Positions 28,325 to 41,300 are shown, numbered from the stretch's first letter. The stretch: 64,000 nt of DNA from Octopus bimaculoides (GCF_001194135.2 NC_068983.1:49769743-49833742), one strand, 5' to 3'. The notes: generated from the sequence alone by a model not told the origin. Made by a program: numbers and translations.

Positions 28325-28631
28325 ATTATTTACATTAACCACTACGCCATATGCCCACGCTCATATGGCACAGTGGTTAGGAGCGCGAGCTACTAAACCC
28401 AAGATTCCGAGTTCAATTCCAGGCAGTGACCTGAATAATAATAACAACATCGAAAAATACCTTCGGAATGAGAACCCAGGTTCGAAATTTCCCCAAGACA
28501 CCTGAAGAAGGCTGGAGGGTATATCAGTCGAAACGTTGTGTTAACAACAAACAAGATGAGGACAAATATCCGTCAAATGTAAATAATGTAAATAATATAC
28601 ATAATTCCTCATCTCTTAAATATAGAACTGT
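28325..28631 (+). mobile_element. tRNA-headed SINE-like element carrying a Penelope-type hammerhead ribozyme, with an inverted 5' duplication
   Basis: A box TGGCACAGTGG (28366-28376), B box GTTCAATTCC (28411-28420), hammerhead at 28498-28541, and an (AATGTAAAT) tail. 28336-28353 is an inverted copy of 28362-28379. Confidence 0.75.
28498..28541 (+). ncRNA. Minimal type I hammerhead ribozyme motif
   Basis: ACAC-CTGAAGA-A-GGCTG-(10 nt)-CAGTC-GAAA-CGT-T-GTGT. Stem I is ACAC/GTGT, the core is intact (CUGANGA, GAAA), stem II has 5 bp, stem III is the palindrome ACGT, and the predicted cut is after GUU (28537). Confidence 0.8.
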
Positions 28632-28659
28632 AAAACAATAATTGTCAGCTCACTGCCTT

Positions 28660-29295
28660 TAGTGGTTTCAAATTTTAACCCGAGGTCAGTAATTTGGGGA
28701 AATTGTTAAGCCGATTACATCGACTCCATATACATATTTTACCAACTCCGAAAAGATGAATAGCAAACTCGGGCTTCACAAGATTTGAACTCATATCTTA
28801 AAGAACTACAAGAAATGCTTTTAAGCATTTGACATGGCGCTCTAATGATTCTGCCAGTTTCCTGCTTTCTAGAGTAAGAAAGAACGGTTTCAAATTTTGC
28901 CACAAGGGTAGCCATTTTAAGGGAGGGTGTATGCCAATTATATCAACTCCCAGTGTTTCACTGGTACATAATTTATTGACCCTGAACGGATGAAAAGCAA
29001 ATTCGGCTTTGGCGAAATTTGAACTCAGAACATAGCGACGGGCGAAATACTGTTAAACAGTTTGTCCAGCTTGCTAACAATTCTGCCAGCTCGCTGCGTT
29101 CCTTTTACAAAGTAAAATAATCCTTTCTACTACAAGCACAAGAGAGAGGGGGACCAGTCGATTGGATCGACCCTAGTACAGAACTGGTACTTGATTTATA
29201 TACCCCGAAAGGATGAAAGGAAAAGTCAACCTTGGCGGAGTTTGAACTCAGAACGTAGCGATGGGCGAAATACTGTTCAAGCATTTTGCGAAATA
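28660..29295 (-). mobile_element. Three tandem diverged SINE-B copies
   Basis: Repeated TTTGAACTCA B box and central domain. Confidence 0.75.
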
Positions 29296-29307
29296 CTGTT
29301 AAAACAT

Positions 29308-29727
29308 AGGCGCAGGAGTGGCTGTGTGGTATGTAGCTTGGTTACCAACCACATGGTTCCGGGTTCAGTCCCACTGCGTGGCACCTTGGGCAAGTGTCTT
29401 CTACTATAGCCTCGTGCCGATCAAAGCCTTGTGAGTGGATTTGGTGGACGGAAACTGAAAGAAGCCCGTCGTATATATGTGTATATATATATATATATAT
29501 GTGTGTGTCTCTGTTTGCCCCCCCCCCCCNNNNNNNNNNNNNNNCCCAACATCGCTTGACAACTGATGCTGGTGTGTTTACGTCCCCGTAACATAGCGGT
29601 TCAGCAAAAAGAGACCGATAAAGTAAGTACTAGGCTTACAAAGAATAAGTTCTGGCACCGATTTGCTCGACTAAAGGCGGTGCTCCTGCATGGCCGCAGA
29701 CAACTGACTGAAACAAGTGAAAGAGAG
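29308..29727 (+). mobile_element. SINE-A full copy
   Basis: AGGCGCAGGAGTGGCTGTGTGG head through the GACTGAAACAAGT tail. Confidence 0.92.
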
Positions 29728-30084
29728 TTTGTCAACGATTTTGGCAGCTCGCTGCTTTCCTTTAATGGAGTAAAATAATAATATGTAAAGTTATGGAGTA
29801 GTGAAATGTGAATGTCCTTTGGTTTTATTGCAAATTATTCCAATGAACCTGGTGTCGGAGGCCCAGCATGGTACACCCCAGAGGCAACTTTTGTTCCAAG
29901 TGACAGCGAAATTTTTATGGCAGATGGCATCATAAAACTGCAAGAAATGGAAACAAAGAGATGGGGAAAAAAAAACTTCAAGCCATAGCAAGAAGAAAAA
30001 TTTGCATTCATTGCGTCTAATTTCTATTTGTTACTTTATACACAGCAATGCCAGAGATATGAACAGCCGTTATAAAATGAATTA

Positions 30085-30720
30085 AGCTGACGAGCTGGCA
30101 GAATTTTCAGGGCATCTGGCCAAATATTTAGCAGCATTTCTTGAGTTCAAATCCTGCCAAAGCTTCACTTTACCTGTCATCCTTCTGGAGTCAGTAAAAT
30201 AATATCAGTAGATAACTGGAGTCGATTTAATCACCCTAACCCTTCCCTAAAATTGCTGGTCTGATGCCAAAATTTGAAACTATTAAAGGCAGGGAACGGA
30301 GAATTGTTGGCCGGTTGGTCAGTGTTATTTCTTCTAGCCCTTTACGTTCTGGATTCAAATTCTGCCGATGTAAACTTTACCTTTTATTGTTTCGGGATCG
30401 ATGAAATAAATACCAGTGAAATACTGGGGTTGATGTAATCGAGTAACACCTTCCCAATAAAATTGCTAGTTTTGTACCAAAATTTGAAACCATTAAAGGC
30501 TGTGAGCTGCCAAACATCTCAGGGCGTCGGGTAAAATGCTTAGTGGCATTTCTTCTGCCTCTTTCCATCCGGAGTTCAAATCCCGCCGACGTCAATTTTA
30601 TCTTTCATCGTATCAGGGCCAATGAAATTAGTACCAGTTGTATACTGGGTCGTTGTATTCAACTTTCTCCTCACCTCAGAACCATTAACCTTGTGCCAAC
30701 ATCTGAAAGTATTATGAATC
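30085..30720 (+). mobile_element. Three tandem diverged SINE-B copies
   Basis: Repeated GTTCAAAT B box and central domain. Confidence 0.75.
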
Positions 30721-32516
30721 AAATCATACAATCTTTACCTGTGATTATCTACCTAAATCAGAATTAAGGAAGAAAAAAAAAATCAAGTTATCTATGTTAA
30801 AATCACTTAATTGCCTGCAAACACTCTTGACAATATTCTGTAATGAACCAATACAACGACTGAAGCTAATTTTATTTCGTGGAATTTTGTTTGTACTAAA
30901 CGCCCATGTTCTAGAGGCAAATTTGTTAAGAATATATATGAAGTTGTTGCAACATTAGATAAAAAAAAACTTTAGCAGTTAATACAAACACAAGTTTCTT
31001 GCCACACTACAGATAGGCGTATCTCCTAAATCAGTGCTAATGTTGCAGGCAAAATGCATTATGATTAAAGAATTTCTTTGCATTCAGCTTAGCTCTTCAA
31101 AAATCTAACACACAAGACACCCTAAATCTGTCAACATTTATTTGCTTTTTCGTTTTTTTTCTCTGATATATCTGTGTAAGAAGAGATGTTGGACTTTGTG
31201 ACATTAAAAAGAAGCAGCTGGTGTTTATATTAAAAATGTGTATAACAGAGCCTGAACAAGTGCTGATGTTCTCTACTGAATAAATTATCTTCTGATTCAA
31301 AAGATGCTTCATCTTCAATGGAAAGGTAAAAGCAGTAATAATTCACTGATAAAAAGTGATCCCAGATTTCCAAAGTTTCTCTCTCTCTCTCTGTTAAAGG
31401 GGTTCACAAGGAAGATGTTATGAAAGCTGCCTTAGATACAGTCATCTTCACACATTCAACCCTTTGTCCTGTTTATCACATTTGTTACACAGGATACTTT
31501 TATTTCCTTGACATCCATGCATCACATATGATATCCAATTAAGTTTTTCTTTTAATCACCAGAATAACTTGAGACTCCTGAAAAATGAGATTTATATTAC
31601 TCAAAACACATGAAACAAGGTTTAACTAAGTTTGAAAACAAGCATCGACATTCGGGACAAAGAAATGAAAATGCTTCGGACAGGCAACGAGTTAATCCCC
31701 TTGATAATCCGCCTGGGAAACTTCCCTTGGTTCTATAATACAAACGTTTTGTCTCAAAGGGAACTAAAAAAATCGGTAGACTTTTGGAATAGCTATCTCA
31801 CATAAATAGGTTTTTTTCGTTAATGTCGGTGTTTTTCAATGTTTTTGTACCATGCACTTCACAATTTAAACCATAATTTTTCAATGTCTATGCTACTCTT
31901 CTCTCTCTCCTGGGAGCCATCATAAAAAAAAAAAAAAAACTTCCCCCTCGTGTTATAGTTTTTTCTGTATTATGAAACATATGCATTTGGCATGTTTAAG
32001 TGGGGTAGGTGGGTTGGAATTTAATCCATATAATTTAGATATCACAGCCAACCCCAGCATCGTATCTTTGGAACAGTAACCACCTCTAAAATGAATTTTT
32101 TTCATTTTCCTTATTTCTTGTCATTTTATTGTATTCCACATTCTGAAGTACTTGAAATTCGAATTTAACAAAAAAAGAAAGAAAAAAATCTTTCTCGACT
32201 TCATCGTACCTGTCACGATTAAAATGAAGGTTTTCGCTTTATTTTCGTTATTTTGTGTATGCTTTTTTTCATACATTTACTATATTGAAAAATCTTTCTA
32301 TGCGACATAAAAACTAAATTAGAAGAAAACCATAAATATATTAACACTTTATTTACGTTGACATAATTCCCTTCAATTTAATTTTACAAACCATTATTTC
32401 ATCTTCCACACAAGACAGCATCAAATAGAAAGAAATAAACAGCTATTCCGAAATCTTGCCAAACCTTCCGTCAAAATTCCAAGTTAATTTATGTTTCAAA
32501 CACCTGCTTAATAAGC

Positions 32517-33123
32517 CTTTCTACTGTAAGCACAAGGCCTGAAATTTTGTTGGTGAGGGCCATTTATTTACTTCGACATCAGTGCTTAACTAATACTTAT
32601 TTTATCGACCGCGTGAGGAGATGAAAGCAAAATCGACATCGGTTGAATTTGAACTCGGAGCTTAAAAATACATAAGATACTGCTGAGTATTTTGTCCGGC
32701 GCTTCTTTTTCTATTCTAGGTACAAGGCCCGAATTTTTTGGAGAGGGGGCCAGTCGAGTACATCAACCCCACTGCATAACTAGTACTTAATTTATCGACC
32801 CCGAAAGGATGAAAGGCAAAGTCGACCTCGGCAGAATTTGAACTCAACGTAATGGCAGACCGCTAAGCATTTCGCTCGGCCTGCTAACATTTCTTATTTC
32901 TTTATTGCCCACAAAGGGCTAAACAGAGGGGACAAACAAGGACAGACAAAGGGATTAAGTCGATTACATCGACCCCAGTGCGTAACTGGTACTTAATTTA
33001 TCGAACCCGAAAGGATAAAAGGCAAAGTCGACCTCGGTGGAATTTGAACTCAGAACGTAACGGCAGACGAAATACCGCTAAGCATTTCGCCCGGTATTCT
33101 ACCGTTTCTGCCAGCTCACCGCC
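32517..33123 (-). mobile_element. SINE-B fragment plus B1-B2 dimer (32703-33123)
   Basis: Two central domains joined at 32893/32894. Confidence 0.88.
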
Positions 33124-33134
33124 TTCAAACATCT

Positions 33135-33236
33135 ACTTCATAAGGACAGTTATTTTACTAAATTCTTCATTATTTTCAAAATTTATTGAAACAATGGCAG
33201 TGTATTTCAACAGAAATATGGTAACAAAAGGGTTAA
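33135..33236 (-). mobile_element. Possible piggyBac-like non-autonomous element end
   Basis: The minus strand starts TTAA-CCCTTTTGTTAC. It may continue at about 32515-32460 on the other side of the SINE cluster. The other terminus was not identified. Confidence 0.35.
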
Positions 33237-33324
33237 ATAGGAACCCATGATATTTTAAAAATTTTATTGAAGAAATAAAGCTTGAAGATAAACGCTTAAA
33301 GATAAGCCTTGTAATATCTCTTTC

Positions 33325-33640
33325 CTTTGTATTGTGAGGTGTTTGTCAACTAACAATATCGCGTAGAATTTTATGAGACTGTTGGGTCCTATTATTAGTT
33401 TTAAAGAAAAGGAGAGATTCTATGCCCAAATGAAAAATGATGATAACATACAAGATGTGATGTTCCATTCTGATATAATGAATCACCTACAAATTCTCAG
33501 CTTGGCACTCTAGAAGGATAAGATTGTTTATGATTTTACTCGAATAATTTTCAGCGTTCAGAAGAAAAAATTTCTAAAGAGACATATTGTCAAGAAACTT
33601 TAGTCAATTTCCTAATCTCAGCAGAAGAGTAAATTACAAT
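33325..33640 (+). pseudogene. hAT (Charlie/SPIN-like) transposase fragment
   Basis: Translates FMRLLGPIISFKEKERFYAQMKNDDNIQDVMFHSDIMNHLQILSLAL*KDKIVYDF, matching the RF..L..I..FL.EK...DL.F..D...HL..L...LQ pattern of Charlie-type transposases. Confidence 0.6.
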
Positions 33641-34156
33641 ATCTGATAATGGAATAGCATACAAACTGGAAGAATTCAAAAATATATTACAAGGACTGCT
33701 TGATAATTGTGTAGCTCCATTTTGCAACAAGTTGATACCATGCCCCACTTCCTTTGTAAATTCATTTCAGATAATTAAATGTTTATTCTATTATTGAACT
33801 TATTTTATACAGCGCTCAGGTACACTACAACACTTGAAAAGTTTCATAAAGAAAGGGCATAGCAAAAAGAAACCTACACAAGTAAGTTTCAATCTGACAT
33901 AGTTTTCTCAAAATTTTACAGAAAATGGGTAATTTTCAATGAAACTTTCTACAAATGCCTTACAGGAGTAAATTATGATTATATCGGAATTTACCTTGAA
34001 AAAAAAAAAAAAATGGTGGGCGTGCGTACACACATATACTGACACACATCACAAAATGTTTTGAAAATTTCAAGTTTCATTTTGTGATATGTGTCAGTAT
34101 ATATGTGCAGTCACCATTTCTTTTCTCACATTTAAGTTCGATATAGCCGTAATGTA

Positions 34157-35283
34157 GGGCAGACTGGGACTAGTTGTTACACGGGCAAGTTGTTACAAGC
34201 CCATTGTTTCCAACTTCAAGAAATAGGTAGCACTCGAGTCTCTACCTCGTGAAGGCTAACTCCATAGCATCATGACTGCACAAGTGTATTGCATTGGCGG
34301 GCTGTCACTAGGAAAGGTATGGCTTAAAAAACGATTTTTTACTCCAAAAGTGAAATTTTGCAACAAAGTTATTTCCTTAACTACTAAAACATAAATGGCG
34401 TTACTGAAGAAGTTAGTTTGTGGTTCATTAGGAAGTTTTGGAAGTTGCCTTCGATACATGAAGGTGTGTCCTGGATACCATGCATTGCTAGTACTGTGTA
34501 CGAGGCAATCTCTAGAAGTCCATGGTCGGGGCTAATTGTTACAGTGTATCAACTTATCCCAGGCATGTAACAACTTACCCCTTCTATTTCAGTTTAACAC
34601 GCTATGCCTAGAAATTACAAAAGGAAGACTACAGGAGGGGAGGCAGCTGATTCAGAAAAGGTAAAAAAAAGGCGAAGGGAAAGTAAAGAAAAACAATTAA
34701 AGGCAAAATGAAGCAGCCTCGCAGCAAGCACGTCGCCTTGTCTGCTCAGATTGGTATTCCAACTCCCTTCCAGGAGAAAGAATGGGTGCAATGCATGATC
34801 TGTCAAGACTGGGCACACACTGATAGTACCGATGAACCACAGGACTTTCTGTGTGATCTGTGTAGTGAGAAGTTAATGGAGAACGATTCCGACTAGACAG
34901 CACAGGTAATAATGGTGAAATTGGCTGATGAGGACTCTCAGTATCAAAGTTAGGATATGAGGTGGTTCAAATCACAGTTAATTAATTAAAATAATACTTC
35001 CTAGATATTTTAAACTTGTTTGTTATCATAATTCCGAGTTAACGACAGTTGTAACAAAGTACCCCAGTAAGTATCACAACGTACCCACACTTGGGAAAAA
35101 TTATTACAGCTGACATCACCTCATTAATTAGAACCTGTCTAATTAATGTTATGTAATTTATGTTTTTTGCTGGTGATAACAATAGATAGATGTTTTACTA
35201 ATTAAATCTGAAAAGAAACTTCAGCTGTGTTCATTTATGTGGGTGCCAAGGCAAAAAAATGAAAAAAATGTAACTGTCTCCCT
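34157..35283 (+). mobile_element. Internally deleted pogo/Fot1-like DNA transposon retaining a PHD-like finger
   Basis: TA-GGGCAGAC left end and degenerate GTCTCCCT-TA right end, with subterminal GTTGTTACA / TGTAACAA repeats. MPRNYKRKT (ATG 34604) is joined directly to a Lys-rich segment and a frameshifted VCSDWY..EWVQCMICQDWAH...FLCDLC. Confidence 0.7.
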
Positions 35284-36834
35284 TACACCTGAAAGTCAGT
35301 TGCAAAAAAGTACGTTTTTTTGTTAAAGTTATGAGACAACAATTGTATAGGTATGCCTAGCATGCAACAGCAAGTCAAAGACAGCATTGATAATCAAAAT
35401 ATGCATACATAATACACAGGATAAATTGTGTAGATTTGCCAGCGACAAATAGACAGAAACGTGAACAGTAAAAAGTCAAAAAGAGCAAACGGTGCATGAG
35501 CGCGTCAGGAGTAGTGTTGGCGAATTTTGAGAAACATGGAATTTTTGAAGGATATAGTGTAATGTCAAAAGTACGTGCACAACACGAGATAAAACACGAA
35601 ATGACAGAAAAAAAGAGAGCCATAAAGAGGAATGAGTGCGTAGATACGTCAGGAGTGGTGTTGGCGAATTTCAGGAAACACGAAACTTTTAAGAATGATA
35701 AAAGTATATTCATTGTAGAGAAGATAAAGCATAAAAAGACAGATAAGTGACTTATTGAGGTAGTTCAGTTCTCAAACTTCTGGTTGTATGACACGGCTAA
35801 ATAAACTACAACAATGATTTAAAAAAACAAACGTACAAAACATACTCCTGTACTAACACGGCTTGCAATAATATAAGCCAAATCTCTCTCGAATCAAGTT
35901 TTCACATTGTACAAAGGCATATTCGATAATGTACTTCTATAGGCTCAAGCTCCGTTGCATGTTGTCTTGCCATATCATAAAGAACATGTAGTGAAGCCTA
36001 GAATCAGAAAGTTACAACTTCAGGAACCGAGATCAGACCATAATCAGGTGATATTCTTTAAATAACAAACAATTACCTTGTATCATGTCCCAGTTGTCCC
36101 CGCATAAAAATGAGGTTATAAAAAGGAAAGCATGCCAGAATCAGCGCAGGGGTTAGAGAAGATTCCATAGAAGACAGACGAACATAGAATTCTTGATTCC
36201 TTCTCGACCTGCATTTAAAAGAATTTCTTCACTCACAATGCACTTCTCCAAGCCAGTATCATCACCTTTAGCCACATAAATAATTAACAAGCCCGACATT
36301 GGTAACCTGCAATATTCACAGTTTAACATACCAATATAACAACACTAATTAACAAATTTCATATTGATGACCAGTGATGTTCAAGTTCATTTACTTTTCT
36401 CCACATTGGTGACTCGTCATCAGAAAGGTAGCCAAGCCCACAATCTTCCACAGTGATGATCCGGAAGTTTAAACAAGCCATCAACTATGATGACTTTCGG
36501 CAAGTGAAAAAAGGCCAGAGACATTATGTTTTATTATGGTGAGCCGACGCTTAACTACACAACTTCCACTTTACCTACAACAGAACAAACTCGTACATTG
36601 AAATCCTCGATGCTAGAAATCGCAGTTGGCACAAGCCACATAAGCGATCACTGGTTATTTCAACTCGACGCCGACATCAACAGCTGTTTTGCACAGATAC
36701 ATTGCGGAAGAAAGTTTTAAGGACATTATTCATGTTACATTCCATTTTATTTTCGTTTAAAACAAAAAGATCTTTTCTTATCTGCAAAAGTCATACATTC
36801 ACAAACATAACTATATCCTCGCAACAGACATCTC

Positions 36835-37061
36835 TTTTACTTGTTTCAGTCATTTAACTGTGGCCATGCTGGAGCACCGCCTTTAGTCGAGCAATTCGAC
36901 CTCAGGACTTATTTTTGGGAAGCCTAGTACTTATTCTATCGGTCTCTTATGCCGAACCGCTAAGTTACGGGGACGCAAACACACCAGCACCGGTTGTAAA
37001 GCGATGTTTTTTTTTTGGAGGGGGACAAACATACACACAAAAACATACACACACACACACT

Positions 37062-37098
<37 letters not shown>

Positions 37099-37180
37099 GG
37101 CAGGCTTCTTTCAGTTTCCGCCTACCAAATCCACTCACAAGGCTTTGGTCGGCCCGGGGCTATAGTAGAAGACACTCGCC
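36835..37180 (-). mobile_element. SINE-A
   Basis: Consensus match, head truncated. Confidence 0.88.
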
Positions 37181-38399
37181 TATGTTCAAAGTTATTACAT
37201 TTTTTTATCTGAAGCCTTCACTTGGAAATAAATTCACGTGCCGCATTCAATCCTTAAAAATGCACTAATTTTCAGCAGAATTTACTTGCAGTCAATTACA
37301 TACATGCTTATTACATGATCCCCTGGACTTCTGGTATTTATACACCATCTATGGTGTTCCCTAGCAATCGTTTCCGCTTCATATAGTTGCTTTCAACGTT
37401 TACGGATTTCTAAATTTTGCTGCATTTTCTCGTGATTTTAAATAACGTACACACACACACACACACACATTTAATTACACGTTTGCCATGTTCATGTGTC
37501 GCTCTCACACGGAAGGTATACTAACCATGCTTTTCTACACCTTACTTCTAGCCAGCTACTTTATAAGACCTTGCTATGTTCACGTCCGCTATAGATATAA
37601 GTTTAAAAGGCAGCACATCCAGCATTTATTTTACGGTTTCTTTCAGCACAAAATATAAGCACTGCATTGTTCTTTAAGGCATACTTGAAACTTCTCTGTC
37701 TCTCTCTCTCTTATTGCATGTGTCCCCAATACACTTTCGCTCACATTGACTATATATGAACAATATTTTATTTGGTTACTTACATTTTCAGATGCATTCC
37801 TTTTGTAAGAAAATTCCTTGCCATGTAGCTGTATTGTCGACCAGTTTTCGCTACAATTGTCATCTTTATTCGCTTTCCGTCCAAAGCTCACTGGAGAGAG
37901 ACTGGTGTAGAATCGCAATCTTACAACTTTAGTAAATAGGAGCATACTACACATAGATCAGGCGATGTGCTCTGAATATCAACCAATCAGCTTGCAGGAA
38001 TATTATCCCATATTATAAAATGTTCTATCATGTACAAGTTGTTCCGTTTCCGCACAAACAAATGGGTTTAAAATGAAAGCGCGCTAGAATCAGCGCAGAC
38101 GTTAGGGAAGATTCCAGAGAAGATAAACGAACACAAGATTCTGTTCCATTATGGTTGCGCTGCGGCCAAGCTGCAGCAATTAAAATTAATACATATATTC
38201 ACAAAGCGCGCGCACATGCATATATCGGCGGAAAACCACTATGTAGATGACGCTAAACAAATTTGCATCCCTCATATACATACATACATACATATGTAGC
38301 GTACCCTCGATAATTTTTTATTATGATCACTATGGATCGGATAAAAAGATGTGTACAATACAGGACAAACAAATAAACAAACTGTATGAGTTCTATGCA

Positions 38400-41300
38400 A
38401 GCCTCACCTTCATTTGATAGTCCAGTTGGCGGTATAATCTTTATCATAGACTCAGCCGACAGCTGTACTCGTCCCAGATGCGACAACACGTGTTCTACAT
38501 AAATTATCAAGCTGGAGAGCTGCCGACAATGTACAAAAGCGTGTTGGACAGTTTCACTGTCCTGCTCGCATATTGGACATGTCGGTGGCACTGCAAAACC
38601 GTGCCTGGATAACTTCTCGCGAACAGGTAGAGCATTCCTGTAACACTGCCAAGTCAGAGATTTTTGGAAATTATCCAAGTACTCCGACTTGAAGGTTTTA
38701 CGAAACAGGTTGGTANNNNNNNNNNNNNNNNNNNNNNNNNNNNNNNNNNNNNNNNNNNNNNNNNNNNNNNNNNNNNNNNNNNNNNNNNNNNNNNNNNNNN
38801 NNNNNNNNNNNNNNNNNNNNNNNNNNNNNNNNNNNNNNNNNNNNNNNNNNNNNNNNNNNNNNNNNNNNNNNNNNNNNNNNNNNNNNNNNNNNNNNNNNNN
38901 NNNNNNNNNNNNNNNNNNNNNNNNNNNNNNNNNNNNNNNNNNNNNNNNNNNNNNNNNNNNNNNNNNNNNNNNNNNNNNNNNNNNNNNNNNNNNNNNNNNN
39001 NNNNNNNNNNNNNNNNNNNNNNNNNNNNNNNNNNNNNNNNNNNNNNNNNNNNNNNNNNNNNNNNNNNNNNNNNNNNNNNNNNNNNNNNNNNNNNNNNNNN
39101 NNNNNNNNNNNNNNNNNNNNNNNNNNNNNNNNNNNNNNNNNNNNNNNNNNNNNNNNNNNNNNNNNNNNNNNNNNNNNNNNNNNNNNNNNNNNNNNNNNNN
39201 NNNNNNNNNNNNNNNNNNNNNNNNNNNNNNNNNNNNNNNNNNNNNNNNNNNNNNNNNNNNNNNNNNNNNNNNNNNNNNNNNNNNNNNNNNNNNNNNNNNN
39301 NNNNNNNNNNNNNNNNNNNNNNNNNNNNNNNNNNNNNNNNNNNNNNNNNNNNNNNNNNNNNNNNNNNNNNNNNNNNNNNNNNNNNNNNNNNNNNNNNNNN
39401 NNNNNNNNNNNNNNNNNNNNNNNNNNNNNNNNNNNNNNNNNNNNNNNNNNNNNNNNNNNNNNNNNNNNNNNNNNNNNNNNNNNNNNNNNNNNNNNNNNNN
39501 NNNNNNNNNNNNNNNNNNNNNNNNNNNNNNNNNNNNNNNNNNNNNNNNNNNNNNNNNNNNNNNNNNNNNNNNNNNNNNNNNNNNNNNNNNNNNNNNNNNN
39601 NNNNNNNNNNNNNNNNNNNNNNNNNNAGACGTACAGGACCGGGGACAAGGGACACCCTTGACGAACAGACCGCTTGATCGAAAACGGCTCCGTTAGGTAA
39701 CCGTTTATCTAGACGGTGGACTTGATGCCGCTGTACATAGCGGAGATCCAACCGCGAAAGCCTGGGCCTATCCCAGGCGCTTCGAGGACGGCCCCCAGGT
39801 ACCGATGGTCTACCCTATCGAATGCTTCACTTTGGTCCAAGTGGACCAATGCCCCTCCTTTGCCGGTTAATTTCCCAACCCTGTCTAAGGTGTAGCGGAG
39901 AAGGTGAAGGTTGTCCTGGATCGACCTGCCTGGGATTGCACAGGTTTGTGCCTTCCCGACAAGGTTCTCCGCGACAGCCGTCAACCTTTTAGCTAACACC
40001 TTGGCCAAAATCTTTAACTCTACGTCTAGTAGAGTTATGGGCCTGTAATTACTAATGCTATCCTCCTTGCTTGGGTCCTTCTGGATCAGCGTCACAACTC
40101 CCCGGCTTACAGAACTGGGAATTCTCCCATTCTGCTGCCAGTTTACATAGACGCTTGCCAAGACATCCCCAAACAAGTCCGGCATTAAACGATAAAACTC
40201 GTAGGGTAGACCATCCAGTCCCGGAGACTTTTCCCCAGCGCACTCGGCCAGCACCCGTCTTACCTCCGCGGGAATGATCGGGCCTTCAAAGCATTCAGCC
40301 TCACGTGCCGAGAGTCGAGGCCCGCCAGCTAGGAAGTCCCTTAAGGACTCCCCGCACTCAAGCGGACCGCTCTCCCCGAACACCCGAGCGAAATTCTGGT
40401 GAAAGGCCTTTTGCATCTCCTCCTGTCCATAGATCCTGCGTCCCTGCTCGTCAGTTAAAGACTTAATACAGGACTTCTTGACCTTCTGACTCTCCACATG
40501 GCGAGCCCATCTGGCTACGTTGATACCTTCTCATTTCCCAGTGCATAACTTAGCTCTGACTCGGCACCCTTCGTGTTTGGCATTGAGGTGACGGTACAAG
40601 ACCGCTCTCGCCGCCATCACTCTGGATGCGGAGCCAGATTCCATTGCCTCATCTAGACTCTTGACTAAGTCCCCTTCTATTGTAGTCCTATCTAAACTTA
40701 GCTGATTGCTAAATCTAATNNNNNNNNNNNNNNNNNNNNNNNNNNNNNNNNNNNNNNNNNNNNNNNNNNNNNNNNNNNNNNNNNNNNNNNNNNNNNNNNN
40801 NNNNNNNNNNNNNNNNNNNNNNNNNNNNNNNNNNNNNNNNNNNNNNNNNNNNNNNNNNNNNNNNNNNNNNNNNNNNNNNNNNNNNNNNNNNNNNNNNNNN
40901 NNNNNNNNNNNNNNNNNNNNNNNNNNNNNNNNNNNNNNNNNNNNNNNNNNNNNNNNNNNNNNNNNNNNNNNNNNNNNNNNNNNNNNNNNNNNNNNNNNNN
41001 NNNNNNNNNNNNNNNNNNNNNNNNNNNNNNNNNNNNNNNNNNNNNNNNNNNNNNNNNNNNNNNNNNNNNNNNNNNNNNNNNNNNNNNNNNNNNNNNNNNN
41101 NNNNNNNNNNNNNNNNNNNNNNNNNNNNNNNNNNNNNNNNNNNNNNNNNNNNNNNNNNNNNNNNNNNNNNNNNNNNNNNNNNNNNNNNNNNNNNNNNNNN
41201 NNNNNNNNNNNNNNNNNNNNNNNNNNNNNNNNNNNNNNNNNNNNNNNNNNNNNNNNNNNNNNNNNNNNNNNNNNNNNNNNNNNNNNNNNNNNNNNNNNNN

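Noticed and set aside
33813-33881. 69-nt AG..GTAAGT candidate exon (RSGTLQHLKSFIKKGHSKKKPTQ)
   Set aside because: Weak pyrimidine tract, lies among transposon relics, and its phase is incompatible with the 10903-11017 candidate.
36540-36700. Frame reading FHFTYNRTNSYIEILDARNRSWHKP, faintly like a Penelope RT C-terminus
   Set aside because: Too few conserved residues to call without a profile search.
37340-38250. CpG-richer stretches with a CCAAT at 37983 (also 50300-50700) as host promoters
   Set aside because: No linked exon or ORF is visible, and TE origin is equally plausible.
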